A DNA stretch of 63,994 nucleotides, filler included, from Ministeria vibrans ATCC 50519 (GCA_943704425.1; 4 parts of 4 records of this genome joined end to end with filler, not necessarily neighbours in it); one strand, 5' to 3'. Numbered from the whole stretch's first letter, positions 36,507 through 48,989 are shown. Notes: a model not told the origin generated them from the sequence alone. A program made the numbers and translations.

Positions 36507-38957
36507 TCATTGAGCGCTCTTTCTTCGGCCTTTTGGACTGTTTCTAACGTCGATTGCTCCTTCTCAGTGATTGATTGAATGTCACACAAATCACTCGCCT
36601 AAAACAACAACGAAAATAATTTAATTCAGAGAAAAGAGAGAATAGGAAAAGGCAACGAATGTAAGTCAACAATGATAATAATATAATAATAGCGTGAAAG
36701 AACTGAAACGAATACTGACGAAAACTGTCCATAACATTGAAATGAAAAAACCTAACGTTGATGGAAAACGGTCCATGAAGTCGACACAAAAAGGTGATTT
36801 CACAGTAAATAATGAAACGAAAATGATCAAACAAAGAACAAAAAGGTGAATAACATCATGTTTTTTTGTTGGTTATGACCTGAGAAGGGTCCAGCAAATG
36901 AAAATGTTTCTTCGTAATAACACACTGCTGAACAGCGTTTGTGCGTGAGTCGAGAAGGGGACTCACATGAGCCACACTCGCAATCATTCGGTTGTCTTTG
37001 CGGCGTGACAGAACCATTCCAGTCCATTCCTCACCAGACCTAATATATAGTGAAGAGATTAGAGTACTATTATTATTAAAGCTTCTTCATCAATCAGTGC
37101 CCTTTATGTAAAGGAAACACATTGACTGTCTGTCGGTCTGACAATTTCCAAATGCTCCATTGCAACTTACGAGATTTTGGATTGAATCTCTTGGGATTTG
37201 GCAGTCATTGAGGGACAAGAAATACAGCCAGTGACGTCACGAGCCGCTTTACCAATGACTTCAGCACGAGAATATCCTTTGAGAGCGATACCAAAGCAGA
37301 AAAACAACAAAATTTAGGGAGTGAGGGAGCAAAACAGTTCAGATTTGTACCAGTCATGATTTCCCACGTTGGATCGACAAACACATAATTGTTATCCGCG
37401 TCCGTTATTTCCACAGTGAGCAGGGCTGCAGATCCCAGCTAAAACATAATAATAATAATAATAATAATAATTATAATAATTATTATTTTTGTGGTGATTT
37501 TGAGTTTTTTTTTGAACCATTTAGTACCTTTTTCTGGAGCGTCTCATTTTCCGTCATTAATTTCTGGACATTTGACTGCGCCTGAAGGTTCTGCTTTGTA
37601 AGCAATTCATTGTGTTTACGGTGCTCTTTGATCGTCTGAGCGGCAGTTTGAGCAACAACGGCGCGAGAAGGGGTTTTGGAGGAATGGGCAAGAGACGGAA
37701 GGGAGAGAACGAGTTCGTGCATGGAGTCGCGGAGCTTGGTGCGACTGCGTTGTTCGGCGGCTTTGTGGCTGGGCGGACGGTCGCTGCTGCTGCGCTTCCG
37801 TGTGCTTGTGGCGGTGGCAGTAGCGGTGGCAGAGTCGGGTAGGTCGGAGGAAGATGCTTCTGAGGAAGCGTAGTTGGGTGGGACGACGTTGAGAGGTGGA
37901 GCGTGATTGTGGAGTTGGTAGGTTGGCGTTTCCACTTTGATGGTGGGGATGTCAAGGTGTTGGAAGGCAATCTCGGCGGGGTCTGTAGCAGTGGGTTCGG
38001 CAAAGGCAGCGGGAAGGGTAAAGGCCGTGAGGTCGTCAACCATCTCGGCAAAGGCACTCGGGAACTGGTTGGTGCCGAGACGTGCCGCCGCCTGGGCGCC
38101 GTACACCGTGCTCACGCCCTCCTCAATCAAATTGCCCATGTCTACGTCGTCGTCGGCCACCTGGCGTCCGCCGAGCTCGCGCACGTCGCGCAGAATGTTT
38201 TCCAGACTCAGGTCACTCAGCTCGCGCCGCAAAAACTCTTCGCCGCTCGTCAACACCACAAACTGCCGCTCGAGCACCTGGTCGCTGCTCACCAGCTCAA
38301 CGCCTGTCTCGGTGAAGAGGCGTGCCGTTGCACACGGCGTCGCGTACACCAGCTAAACGAAAGAGACGAGTTTACACTCAGATATCTCGACAGACACGAC
38401 AGCGACACACCCCGCGTGAGTCCACAGCAAACCCCAGACAATAGGAACCCCAGGCGGGCAAGAGCGCGTCGGCAACGGCAGTTTGACGCGCACTTATCGG
38501 CAAAAACTATTTTGACGGATACCCAGAAAAAAATGCACAGAATACAACTCACCTCGTGAAGGTCGGAGAGGGAATTTTGAAAGGGTAGCTGAGTGTGAAG
38601 GCGGGCCGAGGTGGCGGTAGCGGCGTCAAAGCGTCCGTCGTTGCGCAAAACGATCACCACAACCATAACGCCACTCTCCGGTCGATCGACGTCACGCGGG
38701 CCGCTGGAATGACAAGAGTGGGCAAGGTAGAAGGCAGGAGGCACGGCAAAAGCGCAGCTCGTGGCCCGATTGAATGATTAAAAAGTTGTGACTTTGCGAT
38801 TGCGCCGCACTCTCTTCTCTCTGTACACACACACATACAGCATTAGCAACTGGGAGTTCTCGCGACCAGCAGTGTACAGTTCATTAAACTCTCTTTCATG
38901 AGCTGGATCCGTGGATCGCATGGTGGAAGCACCAGTTTCACGGTCGTTCCCATACAT
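36507..38957 (-). CDS. Transcription factor with DCX-like (ubiquitin-fold) domain + bHLH-leucine zipper + PAS/PAC domain (about 7 exons; start uncertain)
   Basis: Phase-consistent GT-AG splicing gives VIVLRNDG...ARLFTETGVELVSSDQVLERQFVVLTSGEEF (DCX-like); SHKAAEQRSRTKLRDSMHELVLSLP...SRAVVAQTAAQTIKE plus zipper; VEITDADNNYVFVDPTWEIMTGYSRAEVIGK...CISCPSM...SGEEWTGMVLSRRKD...VSPLLD (PAS/PAC); last exon ASDLCD...EESAQ*. Confidence 0.8.
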
Positions 38958-39057
38958 TGAGTTCAATGAGTTGTCGTGTCAAATACTCACCAAATACTTA
39001 TTCAAATTTGATCTATTGTGGACGAATCACTCTGTCCTGGCTGTCCACGCTCATACA

Positions 39058-40043
39058 ATGACGACGGTATCTTCCACAGAAAGGCGAACCTTCAATTATC
39101 CTTTGTGTGTTGTAAGTTGACAGTTTGAGTTGCTGAGAAACAACTGATCCCTCGCTCACTCCTGCGAGCCTCTGCAGAACGGCGATATGCCCGATGAAAT
39201 GCGCATCGAAACGATGGACCTCTGCGTGACGGCCGTTGAGAAGTATTCGACAAACAATGAGGTATTGGGGTTTCGTATCTTAGCAACCAAACCATAAAAA
39301 AAACCTGTTTTACTATTCCCTTGCATTACATCGTGAGGCGACTGGCGCTCAAGCCACATATGTAATATGGGCCATGCTTTGACAACGCGTGCCAATGTCT
39401 TCGGATGAAGTTTTACAATATTTTTGGCATCGTTTGGTTTGTGCATTTGGTTTGTGCATTTCACAGGACCATTTCAGTGTCGGTATATCCAGCCCAAGAG
39501 CACACGACGAAGTCCTGACCGGTGGATCCTGTTTGTGAATAAGAGAATGCCTCCGGCGAATGCAAGTGACGTCAATTTATGTCTGTTGCGATTGAGAGAT
39601 TGAGAGAGAGAGAGAGAGTGAAGAGAGAAACATAGACAGAGAAACAAAGTGATAGAAAGAAAGAAAAGTGATAGAGAGAAAGAAAAGAAGTGGTAGAGAG
39701 AGAAAAAGTGATAGAAAGAGCCAAAATGAGAAAAAAAGAAAGTTATAGACAGAAAGAAACAGAGTGAAAAAGAAACAATCATTGTGTCTTACACTTTCTC
39801 ATATTGTCTTTGGGCTTAACAGTTGGCCGCGAAATTGATCAAAGAGACAATGGACAAAAACTACGGACCGTCCTATCATGTTATAGTGGGTAAAGCAAAA
39901 AAAAACACACAAGTGAAAATATGATGTTATGTTTTGTTTTCTTTTTAGGGGAAGGATTTGGATTTGAAATCACGTTTGCACAGAAACATATGATTTACGT
40001 GTTTTTTGGTGGAAACATTGCGATTCTTGTTTGGAAAATCTGA
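39058..40043 (+). CDS. DNAL4: Axonemal dynein light chain 4 (LC8 family; 4 exons)
   Basis: Spliced: ...FNYPLCV/NGDMPDEMRIETMDLCVTAVEKYSTNNE/LAAKLIKETMDKNYGPSYHVIVG/EGFGFEITFAQKHMIYVFFGGNIAILVWKI*. Confidence 0.92.
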
Positions 40044-40132
40044 TTTGATCACTTGAAATCGGAAATAATGTAAATTAATATGATTGTAATATAAATTATT
40101 ATACAAAAAAAAACCAATAGGGGTTGATTAGA

Positions 40133-40441
40133 TCAGTCAACGGAAAATCCAAACTTGCTACTCCACACTCCGTCCGGTCGATTAGCCTATGGGAGAAGAA
40201 ACATACAAAAGATATTAGTAAGTGCAAAATATAATACGAACATGTTTATACCTCTTTATCGATTGCCTCCCACTTTTGACCAGCTTGAACCGCTTTGCTT
40301 CTCACCGGCGACTTTTTCAGCTCAATTCCGTCGTAGGTTTCGCGCACTGTCAGTGATCCAGTGTCCTTTCCGTTCATTCGTGGCCCAATCTGGACAATTT
40401 GCGGCAGTCCGTACATCAGATCGTCGTCATCTTTGGGCTTC

Positions 40442-40478
<37 letters not shown>

Positions 40479-42323
40479 GGTGGATTACAAAAGGACACCG
40501 ACTCAACACAAATGCCGTACTGCCATGCTTTGCCGGTACGCTTCACTTCAGGCGACGCTTCTTTTGCTTGTGCTGCGGCCATTTCGAGTTTCTTCATCTG
40601 CTCCTGCAGACGCGAGCCTTGCCGCAGCGGACGTGCCGTCGGCGACGCATTCGCCTGCTGTGTTGCTGCTGCTGCTGCTGCTGCTGTTGTTGTTGTTGTT
40701 GTTTCGACTGTCTCTGCCTTATCCGAGCTCGTCGATGCCTTTCTGGCTGCCTTCTCCTTCTTCTTCTGTTTGCGCCGTTCTTCGCGTTCCTCCGTCGACG
40801 ACGACTTTTTCCTTGCAGCCGTTTTCTTCTTGGACACAGCCGCCGTGGCAGTAGCGGCACTTTCTGACGCCGCTTCGTCGTCAATAGGAATACTACGCGC
40901 CGAGCCACTCGCCGACAGGATCGAGACCTGCGAGCGAAATGCCTGACCGCTCCCACTCTCGATATTGGTGTGGTGCAGCGACGTCATGGACGCAAATCCG
41001 GAGTGCAGTCCATTCTTCATGGGCTCGGCAATACTCTCGGGTGGCACAGCATCCGACACAACTGCCACTTTGGCAGGGACAATCTCTGCAAGCGACGTGC
41101 GGCGCTTCCCCGTGTGCTCTGCTGCAGCTATAGTGCGTGTAGCCAATGAAGATGCACGGCGGTTCTGATGCGTTTTCTCCGCTCTTGACTTTCTCGGACT
41201 CATGCGCGTCGTGGGGGTTTGGTCTCCCTAAAAAGAACACCAAAGACTCATGAGCAAACAGCACAGACGAGCCGGATATAGTATATAATTATATTAATTT
41301 CTTGCTGTTACCACTCGACTGGCAAGCGCTCCTTCGTCCATGAGCCACCGCTGTCCGCCTTCAAAAGTCTCCTTCCCCCTGGGAAAATGCGGCTCGGCAA
41401 TCCCATCGTCTCGTGTTGCTCGTCGTTCTACTCCACGTACATGTAGCGAATCTCGATGGTCTACAGGATACAAAAACCACTCTGTTGAGTGCTCTGCATC
41501 GGCTTCGTTTTGGGGGGGAGGGGGTTTGATTAGCGACACAATCTGGCGATCTGCACCTTCAAGATCCGCGTCGATGGAGCTTCGGACAAAGGTCTGGGGG
41601 TCCGTTGCATCGTTTTCATAGTGGTTTCCAGTACTAGATAATGCCATGTGTTCGAGCGCAGAGAGGGTGACCGAGGGAGTGGTGGAGGACAGGTTTGAAT
41701 TTGCCTTCTGCGCCCCTCGCTTGTACGATGGTGCGCTTAGCGACGGCATTTCGACGCGCTCGGCCTCCGTGCGCGGCGTAGACGCCCTGGAAACGGCCTG
41801 CTCGGCGACCATGGCATCCGCGCCACTCACCGGCTCGCCATTTAAGGCGCTTGAGGCGGTAGTTTCGGACGTTGCAATCGACGGCTTTCGCGGCTGCTGG
41901 TCGAAGCCCCACTGGCGCTTCTGCGAGCGCTCTCGTCGCACCTTTGACTTCCTCTTCTTCCAGCAGCACACGCCAATGACAATCCCCATCACAAGCAGCC
42001 CTGTCACGGCGCTGCCCACCGACACGATAACCCAGCCGGTGGTGTCTACGTCACATGCGCGTCAGTCAAACGGAACAAGAGAAAAAAAAAAAACAATGCT
42101 CTGCAGCAGCAGAGACAACGCGCCCCATCGCATTGTTTTAGGAGCCACGGGAAAGTGGGTAGCGAGTGTTTTGAGAAGTGTAAAGGGGCTCTTTGGAGGT
42201 TTTTTTCTTCTTTTTTTTTTTTTGAACGTGTGAATTATTTTTGGGGCGGTTTGTCTCACCTAATGCAAAGACGGGTGTGGCGAAAAGACAGAGGGTTACA
42301 AGGCCTAGTATGGCCGAGGGCAT
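40133..42323 (-). CDS. Type I membrane protein with very short ectodomain and long disordered cytoplasmic tail (multi-exon)
   Basis: Signal MPSAILGLVTLCLFATPVFA then GTGAGA donor. TM GWVIVSVGSAVTGLLVMGIVIGVCCW followed by KKRKSKVRR. Later exons are ORFs 41294-42025, 40442-41203 and 40246-40509; last exon ANRPDGVWSSKFGFSVD*. Confidence 0.7.
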
Positions 42324-42440
42324 GGTTTTTATTCACTTGAGTTGAATAATCTGAGTTGAGATGAGTGAAGAAGAAGAAGATGTTGAGACAAGTGATAAGT
42401 ATAATATTAATGAAATAATATTGAAATTGAATAATGATAA

Positions 42441-42475
42441 TAATAAATGGGTTGTATTGAAGTTGTATTCTTCTT
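42441..42475 (+). mobile_element. Degenerate remnant of the LINE 3' end
   Basis: TAATAAATGGGTTGTATT followed by GTTGTATTCTTCTT, matching the terminus of the other two copies; no clear TSD. Confidence 0.5.
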
Positions 42476-42666
42476 GTAATATTATACTACTCTTAAAATA
42501 CAAAACTTTAATCTTTAAAGAGTGGTTCGTGAGCCATGTTATTTAAGAAGATGGCTGGAAAACTAAAATAATAATACATGTAGTAAAAATTATCAATCAG
42601 TTGTATTACAAACACACAAACACACAGCTAACACTCCGTTACTAGTGACTGCTACAAGAACAAAAA

Positions 42667-43768
42667 CTACTCCTTCGTCTGGTCGGTGGCGGTCTTGTCA
42701 GAAGAGGGAGTCTCGGCAGTGGAGGAATTCTCGGCCTCTGCTTTGCGACGGAGCGCCTCTTGCTCGGCCAGCGCTGTGATTTGAGCCTGGAACGACTGCA
42801 GACGACGCAGATTGTCGGCTTCTCGACGGTTGAACTCGTCGAGTTGGCGTTGGGTGGTGGGGAAGCCGTTGGGGAGACGCACAATGGGCTCTGAGTCGAG
42901 CTTGCCGTCAATGACAGCCACCTGGAATTGCGTGATGCGGTCCTCGTCAGGGATCACATTCATGTGGCGCATGCCGGTGAGGACGCTTTGCGAAAGGTCC
43001 GAGACGGCCACAGTAAGGTCTTCGCACGTGGCCCACGTCAACTAGGCAAGTAAGAGAGAGAGAGCGGTGGGGTGAGACATGAGAGCAATGCACAGTCCAT
43101 CACATACATTGCCAAACATCGCTGCCGCGGCAAACGTGACATGGGAACCCTCGCAGTTGTCGACTTGGCACGTCTGTACGTTGGTGCTGACCTCGACGCG
43201 CACGTTGCGGCACGAGATAAGGTCGATCGAAGCGGTCATGATTTTGTCGGTGATGCGGATTGTTGTGTCCTCGCAAAACTGGATCAGAACCTTGATCGAG
43301 GGCTGCACCACAGTAAACTCACACCCCTTGCATCGTGCAATCACAACTTTGTTGTGTTGTGACGGAACCTAGCAGTAATGAAACAATCAAACGAGCGGTT
43401 GAGTTGAAATTTTTTTTCACTTTCTCTTTTTAATACCTCAACGCGGCCAGTTTCGCCTTCGCGGTCCTCTACAGCGCAGTCAGCTGTACGAGAACGCACC
43501 AAGCTCGCCATGAACTAAAACGAAATGAATAAAAAATAATTTAATCCGATGACTTGTACATTTTAGTCATCAAAATTCAAATGAGACATCAAACCACAGC
43601 TCAACGATTATTCGAACTCTCTCACGAGAAGTGTTGTGTGTATATTGATAAGGAAGAGATCGATAAAGCAAGCACAATAGCACATTGTATCCTTACCATG
43701 TGTGCGTCAACAGCGCGCTTGGGGGGCACGGCTGAGTTGGGTGTGGCTGTGGTGGAAGGCGCGGACAT
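42667..43768 (-). CDS. C-CAP/cofactor-C-like (CARP beta-helix) domain protein (4 exons)
   Basis: First exon MSAPSTT...VDAHM then GTAAGG donor. Beta-helix repeats KVVIARCKGCEF, KVLIQFCEDTTI, SIDLISCRNV, TCQVDNCEG; TQFQVAVIDGKLDSEPIVR; ends QTKE*. Confidence 0.75.
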
Positions 43769-44058
43769 CGTGGAAGAGACGCTTGGCGGTGGAGAGGTGG
43801 ATAGGGGAGTGGGGTGGCGGGAGAGGGGGACTGGAAAGATGCAAAAAGAAGTGAGCAGGCTAGATGGGGGTTTGAGGGGAGTTTGCGGCTGTGCGTGATG
43901 ATGTGACAAAATGCGCGCCAAGTGCGTTGAAAAAAGTACTCATTTGGTTTGTCAACCACCTCAAAAAAGGAAACTTATGATGCGCTAGAATAAACGTACA
44001 TTTCATCTTGTCAAGGCGTTTACTACCACAACAGGTCTTTGCCGCACACATTTGAAAA

Positions 44059-44228
44059 ATGAGAGTTCAAGAGAGAGAGTTCAAGAGAGAGAGTTCAAGA
44101 GAGAGAGTTCAAGAGAGAGTTCAAGAGAGAGAGAGTTCAAGAGTTCAAGAGTTCAAGAGAGAGAGTTCAAGAGTTCAAGAGGGAGTTCAACAGTTCAAGA
44201 GTTCAAGAGTTCAAGAGAGAGAGAGAGA
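44059..44228. repeat. Tandem array of GAGTTCAA cores separated by variable (GA)n
   Basis: About 14 AGTTCAA cores in ~165 bp just downstream of the NOP14 stop. Confidence 0.9.
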
Positions 44229-44265
44229 GAAGAGAAGTTGATTACTATTCATATTTTTGTAAACT

Positions 44266-47200
44266 TTATTTCTTTGACTTTTGACGGACTCTCCTTCGCT
44301 CGCGTTTCTCAGCATTGCTCTCACTCTGCTGAGCCTGCAAGAGCGAGTAGAGACGCTTGACCTTGCCTGCACGGTCTGCGTCGTTCTCGGCGACCTTTTT
44401 GGTGTGTTCGCGGGAGAGGAAAGCGGCGTCGCGTCGGAGTTCGCGCAGCGCTCCCTTCTTCTCTTGCTTGTGCATGTACTGTGAAACAGTGAATGTGTGA
44501 ATGCGTGAGTGTATGAGTGAGTGGGTATAAGTGAGTGAGTGAGTGTATGAGTGGGAGCGTGAGTGTATGAGTGTGTATGTGGATATGAGTATCTCAGTAC
44601 GTGAGGAGTGAGAAAGAATATGAGAGTGAACGACACACTCATTATTGTGAGATTTATTGTACCTTGAGTTTCTTGAGGTCGTTCTTATCCTTGTCCGGAT
44701 CGCGTCTGTGGCGTCTGATCTCATAGTGGTCATCAAAGGCAGGTGCGTACATGCGGATAGGAGTGGGGCGATGGCGCTGGAGGGCCAGAGGGACACGATC
44801 CGTTGTGGTATCAGTGGAGTGTGTGAGATCCGACAGGGTGTGTGTGACGAGGGTGACCAGTGGATGGGACGATGACAGATGCACTATGAGAGAGAGAAAA
44901 AGGAGAGAAACAAAGTGATAAAGTGTGAGAGGAGGGAGAAACAAATCGATATAGAGAGAAACAAAATGATAGAGAGAGAAACAAAGTGATAGAGAGAAAA
45001 ACAAAGTGATAGAGAGAAAAACAAAGTGATAGAGAGTGATAGAGAAAAAAAGTCAAAAGATGCCGTAAAAGCCAGAGATTATTATTCATATTTTATCACT
45101 TACGATTGAGTGTCTCTGAGAGGGAACTAAGTGCTTTGAGTGGCGGCGAAAACAGATCAACTGCGGCTGAACTCGCTCCGTACAACTTGACGAATCGCGA
45201 TAGAAGAGATAGTGCCACTCGAACAAGTCGCAATCTTCAGATAGATAGAGAGAAAGAACAAAGTGTATATATATATATATAGAGAGAGAGAGAAAGAGTC
45301 AGTCCCTGTCACATCACGCTACTTTTTTTTCGTTACTTGAACACATCTGACGAATCGACAGAAGTAGAACTTGATAGAATCGCAATGGGATCCAAAGGAG
45401 CAGCAAAACCAGTTGTAGAGTCATCAATAAGAGACGAAGAGCGCAGAGAGTCCACTGAGACACTGAGAAGGTGTTCTGCAAACACTGGCGGAGAAATCGA
45501 CCCGTCATCAACACTCACAACAGTCCGTTTCTTTTGCTTCTTCTTCGCGTCCGGTTCTTGTGATTCTGTTGCGATCGAAATGCGCTCAATGACTCCAGTA
45601 AGGAACGCAATGACTTCCGGAACGAGTCGCTTTGACTGCTCAACGTGCTACATATAGAATAAAAAAACACGGTTCAAGCTAAGCTACGATTTTTGTTAGT
45701 TAAACAGACTTACATGGTACAAAAGATCCACTGTAAAGAGAGCAGTGAGCAAGTGACGAGTTGACGCCACAATGCGACGGGAGAGAGACTCAGCAAGAAA
45801 GAGAGCGGTGGGAGTCGTCACAGGATGTTGAAGATCAGATGGAGGGAAGAGTAGTGCAAAGAGACGACAGTGTAGAAGAGTGGAGAGAGTCGGAGACGAC
45901 ACTGCGGGAACACGGACAGGGTGATAGAGATAGAAATGTTATAAGAGTTAGTCATGTTCAAAAAAGAGGGGAAACAATTTGATGTGATTCGTTGTGGGAG
46001 AAAGCAAGAGATCGTGAGAGAAGAGTAAAGGAGAGAAGAAAGAAAGAAAAAAAACAAAAAAGTACTCAATATGAAAGCGTACCGTTCTTGTTGAGTGCGT
46101 TTTCCATCAAATGGTCTCTAGCGCGCACCAGATACGCTCGTGCCTCGTTGGCCAGTGTGACAGGCGCAATGGGCGCCAGGTGTGCCAGTTCGCGCGCAAA
46201 ACCATCCACCAGGACCACATTCAATGGCGACTGCGCACTCTCATGTGTGAACTGTCCAAACTCACAGCGCAAGAGCGTTGCGAGTTTCTCGCGATTCTCT
46301 GCTTTGGCTGCAATCGGATGGCACTTGCGAATGCGCTCGAGAATCAACAACTGATCGGCTGTCGAGTGACCCTCAAGCAGCGCGTTCAGCTCCTCTCGGT
46401 CGTCAGGCGCACTAAACACAAACGGAAGCTGTGCGGCTGCTTCAGCTGCGCGTTCCTTCACCCGCTGCTCCCGATTCTCTTCCACTCGCTCTTCCTCGTC
46501 CTCCTCGTCCTCCTCACCTGACTCGTCAGATTCACTTGCAAGCTCAATATCAGAATAACCCTCACTATCATCATCGTCGTCATCGTCATCCTCACTCCCT
46601 TCATCATCATCTTCTTCTTCGTCTTCCTCCTCCTCGTCATTCTCACTCCCGCTTTCACTCTCACTTTCCTCACCACTCTCTTCTTCCCCTTCGCCAGGCA
46701 TAATCAGATTCCCCTCGTCATCATAGTACACCTCTTTGCGTCCCCTTCGCATTCCTCGCGTGTCCTCTGCCCACTCATCCTCCAACTGATCCGCGCTAAA
46801 CACCCCCTTGCTCTTCTTCTTCTCCTCGCGTGTGTCGTTCGGGTCTTCCTCTCCTCGCATCCGTCGCAACCGCTCATTCTCCAGTCGCTCCAGTCGCGTC
46901 TTTTCCTCCAACTCCCGCTCCTCCTGCGTCTTCAGTCGGTCTGTCGCATGTGCCCTGCGCTCAAAACCCATCTCACGCACCATTCGATCGTACTCGTCTC
47001 CTCCTTCGCTCTTCTTCTCCTGACTCTTCTTTGACGCCTCCTCCGCAATCGTCTCGCTGGCCACAAACGTCCCATTGGCCTTCTCCTCTCGCACGCGCTT
47101 CAACGACGCCTGCAGAATCGATATCGCATCGTACGCTCCATCTCCTGCCTCTCTATCACCATCGCCGTCTTCAGTCGCATCATCACGCTTGCGCTTCTTG

Positions 47201-48193
47201 TCCTCCTTCTTCTGCGTGTCCCGTCGTGTAAGAAGTCCCGCGATCGCATCAAACTCCTCGTCCAGCTGCTCCACCATCGTCTCTGCGTCCTCGCGCTCCT
47301 TCTCGCGCTCGTACCGATGCAACTTGCTCTTTGAGATCACTTCTTCCATAATCTCCTTGCGTGTCCGGTGCGGCGCTGCATCGCCCTCGTCGCCTCCGCC
47401 AAAGTGAAGGTCGCGCACGGTCGCTCCGTCGTGTGCGCCCGCCGAGTGCTTCGGCGCTCCTTCACCCTTGCGCGCCCACTTGTCCGCACGCATGTCATGA
47501 TCAGCGGCAGCATCAAGTGCCGCCGAGTCGGCCAACTCCTTGTCCTCAAAGTCGTCAATGGGCCGTCCACCGTGCGTGAGTCCCAGCAGCCCCACGCCAT
47601 CTTCATCGTCATCGTCGTCGTCGTCGTCGTCTCCATGCGCGCCAATCCGCGCAGCACCCTGGCCAAAACCATCGTCGTCGTCCAAGTTGAACAGACGTGC
47701 GCGGTGGCGCGCCTGAGCCGCCATAAAGCGACGCAACTGCCGATCTTCATCGCTGATGCCCTCGCGACCTTCCCCAAAACGACGGTCGACAATACCGCCC
47801 GCTCGTCCGCGTCGTTCCACCTCCACCAGCAGCGTCTGGCGCCTACGAGCCTCGCCCTCGGCACGTGCCACAGCACGAGAGCCCTTCTCCCCTCGTATTT
47901 TGCTGCAGAGGGGCGCAGGAAATATCAGCGGATCGAACGACCCAAAAAAATGTGCACACGCGAACGATTTTAGAGCCAACGCACCCCCCCTACTTACCGG
48001 CCGAGTACGTCAAACTTGCGCTTGGTCACGCGGAGCTCGAATGGGTTCTCTTTGACCTGTGGCGACAGAGCGAGAGTGAAATGAGGGAAGCCATGCGACA
48101 CACGTTGTTCCTTTGCAAAAAACGCACCTGCGCCGTCGACTTCTTCGCCACCTCGCCCGGCATCGAGCGCGTCTTCTTCTTCTTTCCAGTCAT
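44266..48193 (-). CDS. NOP14: Nucleolar protein 14 (SSU processome; multi-exon)
   Basis: NPFELRVTKRKFDVLGR, DRRFGE, LFNLDDD, GLTHGGRPI, HFGGG, RKEIMEEVISKSKLHRYER, YDRMVREMGFERRAHATDRLKT, KQEKKGALRELRRDAAFL. Confidence 0.95.
44900..45045. repeat. Intronic tandem array of the AAACAAAGTGATAG-(AG)n unit
   Basis: About 6-7 exact or near copies in a NOP14 intron; the same motif recurs at many other loci in the window. Confidence 0.85.
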
Positions 48194-48311
48194 CCCTCAA
48201 ATGTGGCAGAAAAAGAAACAAATTTGATCGTTTCAACTTTTATTTGTTGATCATTTCACTTATTCACTAAATTTCACTTTCTTTTGTTCATCTCTCTCTC
48301 TCTTTTGCACC

Positions 48312-48566
48312 ATGTCTTTCATTGACGTCACTCCCGACTCCCACTTCCCCATCCAGAACCTGCCGTACGGCGCCTTCACCACCGCTGCCAATGTAAGTCT
48401 CTGAGTGACTTTTCCCTCTTGCTCGCCTCCCCGCTGCCGTCTCGGCCTCTCCACCCTTGAAAACTTCTCGCTGATCCCCGTTCCGTTCGCCTGAACCCTC
48501 TCCGCATCCATCTGGCTGTGATTCTCACAATTCTTTTTTTTTTTTTCACCTTTCCCTTTTCTTTCC

Positions 48567-48608
<42 letters not shown>

Positions 48609-48892
48609 AGGACACCCAGCGGCTGGGCGTTGCCATTGGCGACCAGATTCTCGACCTGAGTGCGACAGCGCACTTGTTCACGGGGCCCCTCATGTCTGCG
48701 CACCAGAACACGCTCAAGCAGGTCAGAAGTGCGATTGTCATCAGACTCATCATGATCACTGTCAGTAGTAGCGTGTCAGTGCCCACTGCACTCTCCCACA
48801 CACACACACTCTCTCTCTCTCTCACCCTCCCCTGTGACGCCTACATTAGTATCGTACTGTTTGGTTGTCAGTGCCCACTGCACACACACACA

Positions 48893-48989
<97 letters not shown>

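Noticed and set aside
37200-37280. LOV photoreceptor (aureochrome-like) reading of the PAS domain
   Set aside because: It lacks the GxNCRFLQ flavin-adduct motif.
44059-44228. CRISPR-like repeat-spacer appearance
   Set aside because: The cores are only 7-8 bp, the spacers are just GA runs, the context is eukaryotic and there are no cas genes.
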